The notes below the pieces were generated by a model that was not told the origin of the DNA, searched no databases, and was given only the letters and a program-made list of their open reading frames with translations. DNA of 64,000 bases, taken from contig CAVPBK010000010.1 of NCBI GenBank assembly GCA_963701855.1, positions 1 to 64,000 on the forward strand, in the 5' to 3' direction. Source of the DNA: Nitrospirota bacterium. GTDB taxonomy: Bacteria > Nitrospirota > Nitrospiria > Nitrospirales > Nitrospiraceae. Of the stretch, positions 1 through 10,522 are shown in pieces; the first letter of the stretch is position 1, and the number at the start of each line of letters is the position of its first letter. The position numbers and the translations under genes are program-made.

Positions 1-591
1 GTCGAACCCCTCCCGGTTCAGTTGGTCGCGCAGCATACGCGCGCCCATGAACGGGTGCTCCAAGTGCAACGCGTCCAGGCGACGCATCAGGAGCAGATCG
101 GTCGCGCTGACAGACTTGGGCACATAGTAGACGCTGCCCCGGCTGATCCCTGCCAGCTGGGCCTGGCGGCTGATCGGCAGGGCGTGGGTGGCGTCCATCA
201 TCGCTTTGCGCTCAGCAATCCCACCTTGATGAGCGCCCCTTCTAAAAAATCATTCTCCAGCGTGAGCTGCCCAATCTTGGCATGCACGGCCTTCAGATCC
301 ACCGGCGGCTCCGTTGCCGCGGTTCCACCGCCAAAGATTTCGGCGGCTCGCTCGCTGAGTTGCCGTTTCCACTCGGTAATCTGATTGGGATGCACCTCAA
401 ACCGCTGTGCCAGTTCGGCCAACGTCTTGTCGCCGCCCATCGCGGCTAACGCCACGGTGGCTTTGAACACCGCTGAGTGCGTCCGTCTCGTTCTCTTTGT
501 CATTCTCTGCTCCCTTTCATTGCCCAGTAGGGCCATTTACGGTAGCAGATTCTCCACTTAGCGGCTTGTTCAAATTTCTGGGGCCACTTCT
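1..591 (-). mobile_element. IS3-family insertion sequence, left end (runs off window start)
   Basis: OrfA 503..198 ([21 protein letters not shown]...[12 protein letters not shown]) overlaps OrfB start at 201 via ATGA ([26 protein letters not shown]). Terminal repeat-like GAAGTGGCCCCAGAAATTTGAACA at about 567-590. Confidence 0.9.
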
Positions 592-944
592 TTGCTGAAG
601 CTCTGGAGCTAACCAAACAGTGCGTTGGTCGCAAGATACCCTTCAAGATGATGGGGAAGGACTATGACAACCGCGCACTTGGACAACTTATAGACGTATT
701 CAAGAAACTGAGCGATGACGAGGCCCTTGTAAAGAAACTCCACATTTTCAAGAAGAAACGAAACTTCCTTAGTCACCAAGGCATCACACATTGCATTGAT
801 CGAGATGGCGAGCTTGACGACGACAGCATGGCCAAAATCGAGTGTGCGCTTGCTACCATAGCGCCTGAGGCTCAAAGACTGACGCGTGCGATTTTTGAGA
901 AGTCAGCAGTTCTCGGCTTTGATGATCTCACGGATGCGAACTAG
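591..944 (+). pseudogene. 5'-truncated HEPN-like protein (RxxxxH)
   Basis: Frame is open from the IS end at 591 (FAEALELTK...). Contains LGQLI and RNFLSH motifs typical of HEPN domains. Confidence 0.6.
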
Positions 945-1358
945 CCGTTCCATGGGGCGGACAGCCATCTGCGGCTGCGCCTCAACTGTGGCCCTTGCGC
1001 CTTCCTTCGTTCCACTCCTACAATGGGCCTCCCTGCGAGACTGCTTATGCCTTTCTCGCTTCGTCCCTCTCGTCGCTCCCTATGCACTGCGCGTAGAAAC
1101 ACGAAACAAGGTGAGTGTTATTGGTACGTATATCTAGGTAACCCCAAAGAGGGATTACATTTAGAGGGCATCTAAACGCAGAGTGCAATCCATTGTGTGA
1201 GGTCAATTAGACGTTGTAAACACTGCAAACCAGGGTTGAAGGCATATGACTGTCACGCAACCCCGGGTGGCTGATTGAATGGCTACAGCGATGGTTGTAG
1301 CAACACGTATCGAGGGGCCAGCGTTTTTAAGCACCACAGTCAACAGAAGTGATCACAC

Positions 1359-2036
1359 ATGACAGCAAGAGGTCGGATACGAACAAGTCTTCTCACGGCA
1401 CTAGCCGCAAGCGTCGTCTCTATGGCCATAGGTTCAATGGCCTTTGCTCTCTCCATTGATTTCACAGATGGGTCGTGGGATGCGGCTCAAGGCGTAAATG
1501 CGTTTACTACGCATCCGAGCAACATTGATCTGATCGCGTCGGGTGGTGCTATCACCGTCAATTACATGAATGGGCCGAGCGGCGATAACTCAGGCAATGA
1601 TGGGCTGGGGATCAATGACGATGAAATCACCCAAGGTGGGGTCGAGCAGCTGAGCATTGCTTTCTCGACCCCGGTGATGCTCAATTCGGTGGGAATTACC
1701 GACCTTTATTTGAGCGAAGTGCCCACTGGCCAACCCGAACGGGGCGAGTATAGTTTGAATGGGGGAGCGTTTACGTCTTTTGTTTCAGTGGGAGGCACCA
1801 ATGGTGCCCTGACGCTCAATATTTTCCAGCCCGGTATTCATTCAATCCTCTTCCAATCAAAAGCCGGGTACTCGTCGGACTTCTCTGTAAGGGGATTGAC
1901 GTACCAAGTTCAATCGGCAGTCCCAGTTCAATCGGTGGTTCCTGAACCCTCTACCCTTACGCTTCTCCTCTTCGTCGCAGGCTTCGCGGGAGTGATCTGG
2001 TGGTGGTGGACAGACGGGCACAGTACGCCGCGCTAA
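1359..2036 (+). CDS. PEP-CTERM sorting domain protein
   Basis: Signal peptide, then C-terminal VPEPSTL followed by a hydrophobic helix. Confidence 0.85.
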   Translation: MTARGRIRTSLLTALAASVVSMAIGSMAFALSIDFTDGSWDAAQGVNAFTTHPSNIDLIASGGAITVNYMNGPSGDNSGNDGLGINDDEITQGGVEQLSIAFSTPVMLNSVGITDLYLSEVPTGQPERGEYSLNGGAFTSFVSVGGTNGALTLNIFQPGIHSILFQSKAGYSSDFSVRGLTYQVQSAVPVQSVVPEPSTLTLLLFVAGFAGVIWWWWTDGHSTPR

Positions 2037-2090
2037 GGTAAATTCCCAATCCGTCTGACGTGTCTCAGAGCCGCTCACGGGCACAGTGCA

Positions 2091-2120
2091 TTGCGCCTTC
2101 CTTCGCCACTTTCCTACAAT
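2091..2120 (+). promoter_or_regulatory. putative sigma70 promoter of the AlbA_2-like gene
   Basis: TTGCGC-N18-TACAAT upstream of GAGG and ATG at 2142. Confidence 0.5.
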
Positions 2121-2150
2121 ACGCCTTCCTGCGAGGCCCCGATGCCACGT

Positions 2151-3359
2151 CGTAAGCTCCCCGGAAAAGTAGACAGGTCAAAAGGAGAATCTTCTGGCAC
2201 AATAGCCACCTTAGCCAGGAGGTTCCCATGCGCCAATCGAAATTCACCGAGACCCAGATCGTGTCGATCCTGAAAGAGGCCGATGCTGGGCGCCCCGTCA
2301 ACGAGATCTGGCGGAGCTACAGCATCAGTTCCGCGACCTACTAGTAAGTGGAAGGCCAAGTATCGCGGGTTGGAGGCGTCGGACATCAAACGGCTCAAGG
2401 AGCTGGAGCACGAGAACAGTAAGCTGAAGCGTCTCTATGCTGACATGGCGCTGGAGAATGCGGCGCTGAAGGATGTTCTCGCAAAAAAGCTCTAAGGCCT
2501 GTTGAGCGGCGGGAGGTCGTGACCCACCTGGTCACGCAAGGCGGCCTTCCGGTTCAGCGGGCCTGTCAGGCTGTGGGACTCAGCCGGGCCACGTACTATC
2601 GACCTCTGGTGGACTGGGCACGCCGCGATGCGGCGGTGATGGAGGCGCTGACCAGCTGGGTAGCACGAAACCCCGCTGGGGGGTCTGGAAATATGGGGAC
2701 TGGTTACGGAACACCGGCCATCGGTGGAACCACAAACGGCTGTGGCGTGTCTATTGCCAACTTCGGCTCAATGTGCCACGCCGGACGAAGAAGCGGGTTC
2801 TGGCTCGGGTGGTCCAGCCACTGGATGTGAGCCCGAGACCGAACGTGGGCTGGGCGGTGGACTTCATGAGCGACACATTGTACGGCGGGCGGCGGTTCCG
2901 GACCTTCAACATTCTGGATGAAGGGGTGCGCGAAGTCTTAGCGATCGAAGTGGACACGTCGTTACCCGCCGAACGGGTCATTCGGGTCTTGGAGCAAGTC
3001 ACCGCCTGGCGGGGCCAGCCGCAGGCGATTCGGCTCGACCATGGCCCAGAATTCCTCGCCGATCGCGTTGCGAGGTGGTGTGCGGACCGAGGGATTGCTC
3101 TGCGGTATATTCAGCCGGGCCAACCGAATCAGAATGCCTTTGTGGAACGGTTCAATCGGACCTTCCGCCACGAGGTGCTTGACGCCTACGTGTTCGAGTC
3201 GCTGGATCAGGTGCGCGAGATCAGTGCGGAGTGGATGCGGGAGTACAACGAAGAGCGGCCCCATAATACGTTGGACGGGTTGCCCCCGACCAGCTTCCGG
3301 GTCCGCATGACTGCTGGAAGTTCTCCTTTGATACTGTCTCCTTGACGGGGGAGCTTACG
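2151..3359 (+). mobile_element. IS3-family (IS407-like) element, degenerate
   Basis: Inverted ends CGTAAGCTCCCC / GGGGAGCTTACG. OrfA MRQSKFTETQI from 2228 is frameshifted near 2342. OrfB integrase core (WAVDFMSD, PNQNAFVERFN) is frameshifted near 2670. Flanks are ACGT/ACTT. Confidence 0.92.
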
Positions 3360-3360
3360 A

Positions 3361-4533
3361 CTTGATGCGATACCGATCGACGCCCTGTCCGAACAACATC
3401 TCCAGGAATTAGTCCCAAATCAAGAACGGGAAAATAAGTCCATTGAATTTAAGCTGATGCTCCCTGGCAATAGCTATGATGACAAGAAGGAATTTCTGGC
3501 AGACTTCACATCCTTCGCTAATACCGTTGGAGGCGACCTCATATACGGAATTCGCGCCCCAAATGGCGTGGCCGAAGAAGTCGTGGGACTCAGCGATGAT
3601 CTTGACGCAGAAACCAATCGTCTTGAAAACCTCATACGGACAGGAATTCAGCCTCGCATTACCGCGTATGTCGTGAAGGCTGTGCCGCTAATGACCGGAA
3701 GAAAGGTCCTGGTCTTTAGGATTTCCAGGAGTTGGGCCTTGCCGCATCGTGTGACGATCGGCTCTCACGACAAGTTCTACGGCAGAAACTCCACGGGCAA
3801 GTACGCACTCGACGTTCCAGAACTCCGTTCCCTCTTCTTGCTCTCGGAAAGCACGGCGGATCGTGTCAGAAATTTTCGCGCCGAACGTGTATCGCTCATC
3901 CTGTCACATCAGACGCCAGTACCTCTTACACCTGGACCGAGAACCGTGCTTCATGTCGTTCCCTTTAACGCGTTTGGGGCTACCCAGGCGTTTGACGTTT
4001 CAAGAAAATATGACCGCGACTTTTTGCCTCTTCTACCTATGGCCCATTCTTCCGGGTATAGCTATCAGCATAATTTTGATGGCATCGTTACGTTCAATGC
4101 TTTTGCCAAAAATGAAACTTCCCTTTCGTACTTACAATTATTCAGGAGCGGAATAATTGAGTCGGTCGATGCACAGATGGTTAGGATGAACCATGGGACA
4201 TTAATGATGTCCGGACAATCATGGGAAGATCAGATGCTAAGTGCGGTGGAGCAGTGCTTCAACATTCAATCCTCTCTTGGAGTTGTCCCGCCCATTCTCG
4301 TCATGCTCAGTCTCTTGAGCGTAAAGGGGGCAACGATGTACACGGGTCCTTTTTCAAGCAGCGGTGACGCTGTTAACCGCGACCATCTGCTTGCCCCAGA
4401 GGCTCTGGCGGAAAGCTTTACCTCAGACCCAGGGCAGCTACTCAAGCCTGCTTTTGACGCTATTTGGAACGCTTTCGGATACTCCGGGAGTTTTAACTAT
4501 GGGGCTGATGGAAAGAGGAGGAAGCAACCATAA
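3361..4533 (+). pseudogene. Schlafen/AlbA_2-like domain protein, separated from its start codon by the IS
   Basis: ERENKSIEFK...SFANTVGGDLIYGI motif. The frame is open from 3361, and the first codons (ATG CCA) lie at 2142-2147. Confidence 0.8.
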
Positions 4534-4650
4534 GGTTTGTTTGGTTAATTTACATCAGCGGCGTGGCTTCGAGTATGCAAACCATAGACTACCTTGTCAT
4601 GTTTATCGTTCTCTTGTAGCTTCTCCTCTCCGAGAACCAGAGGTCGAACC

Positions 4651-6915
4651 ATGACTTTGCCGAATGACCGTGCTCATATACATGATGAACGCTGGGGAGA
4701 TCATGTACCATGGTCTCTCCGCTACGACATTCTTTCTGGAAAGGGAGACTACAACAGATTCTTTTCATTGCTTTCCGTACGACTTTTCCATCTGTTCCAC
4801 CACGATGAAGCTGGCCACATGGATCTCGGTCATTTCGGAGATCGATTAGTTACAGAGTCCTTGGGTCTGTTTTTTCGGATGGCTCATAAACATTTTGATG
4901 AGGAGATCTTCACTTTCTTCTCCACCAAATCACTAGATGACGCAGCCACAGGCAGAAGGAGTGCAGACCCAGAGGAAAGAGAAGTCACTCGCTTGACGCG
5001 ACTTTCTAACCTGAATGCCGTAAACACCCCTGAACTTCTCAAGGCCACTGCGAGCGCGGACTCCACGAAAAAATTACGTCAAGAAGCTCATTGGCATGCC
5101 GTGATTGCTGAGCGCCTTGAAGTCTTGCAATCCCTCTTCGTTCTCCTCCCTCAACATCAGAAACGTGACTGACCTTCCCCCAATTCCGTGGACACCGGGT
5201 TAAGCCACCGCTGTCCTCGCTTCGTACTCGGTCGGGGAGTTATAGCCAAGAGTCGAGTGCTGGCGCTTCCGATTATAAAACACCTCAATGTATTCGAAGA
5301 TGTCCTGTGTCGCGTCTTCACGGGTCGCGTAGTGCCGATGGTACACGAGCTCGCGCTTGAGCGTCCCGAAGAAACTTTCGACGCAGGCGTTGTCCCAGCA
5401 GTTGCCTTTTCGGCTCATGCTCGGAGTGATGCCGTAAGTGGTGAGCACTTGCTGGTAGTGGGTGGCGGCATATTGGCTGCTGCGATCGGAGTGGTGTAGC
5501 AGCCCCGCCCTGGGCTGCCGGTTCGTGAGCGCCATGAGGAGGGCCTGCTCGGCCAGCTCCCCGGTCAATCGCTGGCCCATCGCCCAACCAATCACGAGGC
5601 GTGAGTATAGATCGAGCACCACGGCCAGGTAGAGCCAGCCCTCCGTGGTCCACACCTAGGTGATGTCCCCGGCCCATACTCGGTTGGGATGCGTCACTGT
5701 GAACTGACGATTGAGCGCGTTGGTGGCCACGGGGAGCCGATGATTCGACTGGGTGGTGGCGCGCCACTTCTTGACAGTCTTGGCCCGGATCCCATCCTGC
5801 CGCATCAACCGGGCCACGCGGTGCTCGCCGACGTCGTGCCCTTGCTTGATCAAGGCATCCCAGATGCTGGGACTGCCGTAGGTCTCTCGGGACTCTCGGT
5901 GGATCACCCGGATTTTCGCGACGAGCGCACGGTTGACCGCCCCGCGCACACTCTCAGGCCGCACCCGCCAGGCATAGTCGCCGGCGGGTGAGACCGCAAG
6001 GGCGCGGCACATGAGCCGGATCGGATAGCGACGGTCGTATGCCTGGATCGCACGGAATCTCACTGCGATTCCCTCGCGAAGAACGCCGCCGCACGTTTTA
6101 AAAAATCCCGCTCCTTCCGCGAGCAACTCGTTTTCCCGTTTCAGTCGTGTCAATTCGTCCTGCTCCGCACGCACGCCCTGGCGTGTGCGGCCCTGAGATT
6201 CTACGTGGCGCTGCTCGGTCCTCCAGCGGTACAGCACATTATCTGAAATCCCGAGTTCCCGCGCCACCTGGGCCACCGGTCGACCCGATTCCCGCGTAAG
6301 CCGAACCGCCTCGGACTTGAATGCATCGGTGAACTGACGTCGCGTTGTCTCTGGCATGCTGACCTCCAATTTCATCATTCTCCCACTTATGGAGGTGTCT
6401 ATGAAATCAGGGGAGGGTCAGACGCCACGAAGCCGCTAGTAAGGGATATTAGAAGATTCGCAGCTGACGCGGGTTTGTTGATTGATCTTAGAGGCGATCC
6501 GCCAACAGTGGTGCCTATCGAAGAGCCACTCTTACAAAAAGAGGTCATCGATAAGCTCTTGCCACGCCTTGAAGAGAAATACCCCAAACGGGCGGCAGAT
6601 TTGATAAAGGCATACCACGACCTTCTCAAGGCCTTAGAAGAACTCGCCAGAGAAATCAGCGGAGAGATGAAGCTTGAGTTGAGCGAACGACCAGCCATTG
6701 AGAAATGTTTCCCTAAACTCCACGGAACTATTCGAGAAACGATCATCAAGCTTGCAGGGCACCGCGGTGATGAGGGCGGCCATGGACGTAAGGGGCCTGA
6801 TGAGTATGAGATTCGGTACCTGCTTTTATCTATCTGCAACATTGCACTCCTGCTGCTTGAGTACAAAGAACAGTGGCTAAACTGTGGCAGAACTATCGTG
6901 CGCGATCGGGGTTGA
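4651..6915 (+). pseudogene. Abi-C/HEPN-like protein interrupted by an IS3 element (4651-5169 + 6424-6915)
   Basis: The halves rejoin in frame after removing the IS and one GAC copy (336 aa). C-terminal HRGDEGGHGRKG resembles the abortive-infection C-terminal/HEPN R..GDAHG motif. Confidence 0.65.
5170..6420 (-). mobile_element. IS3-family element, degenerate
   Basis: TGACCTTCCCC...GGGGAGGGTCA ends with a 3-bp GAC target duplication. OrfA MPETTRRQFTDAFK starts at 6357. DDE core ([13 protein letters not shown]) carries a premature TAG at 5656-5658 and there is an indel near 6120. Confidence 0.93.
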
Positions 6916-7102
6916 CCAGGAAGAAAGGTCCACCAAAAGGCGTAGTGGATCCCGTAGTGGAATAGGCGAGTAAAAGCGGGTAAGTACGGGTAACGTCCCG
7001 TGTGCCGTCTCTTCAGGCCTAGCGCGGTGATTTGCATCTTTTCAAGAGGTTTCGCACTTCCATCAAAACGGTTTCCTTGTATCTTGAATCTGTGTGGCGT
7101 CT

Positions 7103-8237
<1,135 letters not shown>

Positions 8238-8624
8238 CAATCAAGACGGTTGCTAAACCGCTGTTCCTAAGACTAGACCTGTGCTCCAAACCTCTGTTTT
8301 GTGACCGTACCTGCTCCTAGGTCACCCTTTATCTCCCCTTTATATGCAGGTAAGAGTTACGGGCTTACCTTACAAAACTACCCATTTACCATGTGTTTTC
8401 GTAAGGTCTTCGCTCTGCCTATTACTTTCCTTTTTTCCCGCAAGGAACACCTCTAGTTTAGGTTGGCCCACCACAATTCAGGTGTCCACATGGAATGATT
8501 CCCACTGACGTAAAATCCTTGACGGTCCTATAGGCGAGGGGGGATATTTCGCCTTTGGTAGTCGTGGCACCCACTCATTGATGGAAGCATGCAGGTAGCC
8601 AATGGCTATTCAACGACAGGGTTC

Positions 8625-9581
8625 CTACCCTAAGGGTGCCGATACTCTGCACAACTGTGTGATATGTTGCTGTACGCCCGGACGTACTTTGGTGAAAGCC
8701 AGGCCGAACTCCTTAGGACGGGTCCAGCACACCGTTGCGGCTTCGATGGTGAACGGGTTCCCGGCATCCTGCGAGAAGATACAACATTCCAACTCTACTC
8801 CCACGGGGACAGCCACGAGACTCCTGATTCGACAGCCTCCAAGGGAGAGGTCGCGCAGCTCTCCGTCACCGGCCACCCTCCGCTCCTTTGATGAAAAGTG
8901 GCCCTTCAATCGGACGGCGACGCGAACGTGCCGACGTGTGTCGCTCTTCCTATCTCTGGATACCGATGGACTGCATCGCGTCGAAGCAGGCTCGCGCTTT
9001 CCAGTCGTATGGCCCACGTCTCGGAAAGTAGGACTCTGTTTTTGGCCCTCTCCAGCGGACCCCGGCCTGTCCGTATACTGGCCCAATGAGGCCCAGGCTT
9101 GCCCCAGGAAACTTAGCACCTGAGGCGTGAGTTGTTCCCCAAGTCTGAGCATGTTTCCGACCACGGATCGGGAGGCCGGTCGACGTCGTGGGAGCATGCC
9201 GCGTCCCCCGGCGAGCAGATGTTTAATCCGCTGCGTCACGTCCTGGAAACCGGGGACCTCGTTTCTGGTCCAGCCATACGCCTCCAGCGCTTCGGCAACT
9301 CGACCGAGTGCCTCCAATGTCTTGCCGAGCATATACAGAATCTGTGCTTTTTCTGTGGAGGAGAACGTCCCCACGTCCAGGGCTTGGCGGTATGCCACGA
9401 CCGCATCGTCATAGCGCCCCGTCGCCAGCAAGCACAGCGCGATCTGCACATGGGCATTCCCAGCATACTCCGGGTCGTTAGCCACGTGTTGGAACTCTTC
9501 GCGCGCTTGGTCATACATGAGGGCGCGTTTGAGTGTACGACCGCGTTCATAGTGGTCGTGCGCGGACTTCGGTTCTTCCAT
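8625..9581 (-). CDS. TPR + PilZ domain protein
   Basis: N-terminal TPR-like helices; RRHVR...DLSLGG PilZ motifs. Confidence 0.8.
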   Translation of the reverse strand: MEEPKSAHDHYERGRTLKRALMYDQAREEFQHVANDPEYAGNAHVQIALCLLATGRYDDAVVAYRQALDVGTFSSTEKAQILYMLGKTLEALGRVAEALEAYGWTRNEVPGFQDVTQRIKHLLAGGRGMLPRRRPASRSVVGNMLRLGEQLTPQVLSFLGQAWASLGQYTDRPGSAGEGQKQSPTFRDVGHTTGKREPASTRCSPSVSRDRKSDTRRHVRVAVRLKGHFSSKERRVAGDGELRDLSLGGCRIRSLVAVPVGVELECCIFSQDAGNPFTIEAATVCWTRPKEFGLAFTKVRPGVQQHITQLCRVSAPLG

Positions 9582-10179
9582 GCTTCGATCCTCCCCTCCG
9601 TAATTCGGGCACTAGAGACAAATTCCGACTGAGGAGGAGAGCAAGAACAACACCCACGCGGTCGATCAATGGTGACCGACATATCAAGCAGTTATCAGCT
9701 CCGCGTGCGGTTCGGCTGATGGGAAGGATCGACAAGGTGGTCGAAAAGGTACGGGAGATAGTAGACAGCACGCTACCTGTGAAATGGCTCTGCGTAAGCC
9801 TTACCACCTTTGTGCGGTAAGAATGGCTGATCCGTCCGTGATTGGAATGATCATGGTTAGCGGCATCATGTCACGATGGAAACTGGAGCGAGAATCTGGT
9901 GCGCCTTCTCTTGGATCTTTTTCCCCAACTCAGAAAAATTCACGAGAATCTCCTTTTAGCCTGATACTGTCACCCGGTACAGCTACCCCCCAGGGGCCCC
10001 ATTGCCATGGGGTACGGGCACGCAAGTGTACCCACCCTGCGCCAGTCATCTATCTGGGCAAGGCTAAGCCACAACACAGGTGTTATTACAGTGTTAGAAA
10101 AGGAAACAAATCAGGCAGAAATGTGGTCAAGAGAACTGAAGCGGAATGACTGGAAGAATTGAGGATCTCCAGGAATGAC

Positions 10180-10221
10180 AAGGGGATTGCCCATGTCATC
10201 AAAGACTTGAGCAACCCCCTT
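10180..10221 (-). terminator. hairpin immediately downstream of the tRNA half
   Basis: AAGGGGATTGCCCATGTC...GACTTGAGCAACCCCCTT imperfect inverted repeat. Confidence 0.45.
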
Positions 10222-10228
10222 CATATTC

Positions 10229-10267
10229 ATCCGTAGTCTGGTGCTCTATCCATTGAGCTACGGGCGC
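10229..10267 (-). tRNA. 5' half of tRNA-Arg(ACG); 3' half absent
   Basis: Minus strand reads GCGCCCG TA GCTC AATGGATA GAGC A CCAGA CTACGGA T, then non-tRNA sequence with no T-arm. Confidence 0.85.
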
Positions 10268-10347
10268 GTGAAGAAATGATATAGAGAAACTGTCTCCACG
10301 GTATTTGGGCAAGATCCTCGATGGATGAACCCATTAGGAGCACGCTT

Positions 10348-10377
10348 CTTATACAGGCGATGCAATCGTGGGGTCAA
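10348..10377 (-). promoter_or_regulatory. putative sigma70 promoter upstream of the tRNA fragment
   Basis: TTGACC-N18-TATAAG on the minus strand. Confidence 0.5.
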
Positions 10378-10522
10378 GCTGGCTGTAGTTGAAGATGAGT
10401 GCTGAGTAAGGCCGATTCGCCGAGATGGGGAAGTCTCTAATGTGAAGCGGAAGATTGCTCGATCGTGTAAACGTGCGAGGGTTCGAGCCCTTCCGCATTT
10501 ATTCCCCTTGCAGGAATTCCGA

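Noticed and set aside
7075..7102. IS110 target is a decayed tRNA-Leu
   Set aside because: Only scattered resemblance; no cloverleaf can be formed.
9897..9905. 3' end of an intron-split tRNA-Arg (GGCGCACCA on minus)
   Set aside because: There is no T-arm or anticodon 3' strand next to it, and no recognisable group I intron core.
10447..10496. tRNA 3' half (GGTTCGAGCCC)
   Set aside because: It is on the wrong strand and side for the Arg half and has no matching acceptor; it is better explained as a hairpin downstream of the BACON gene.
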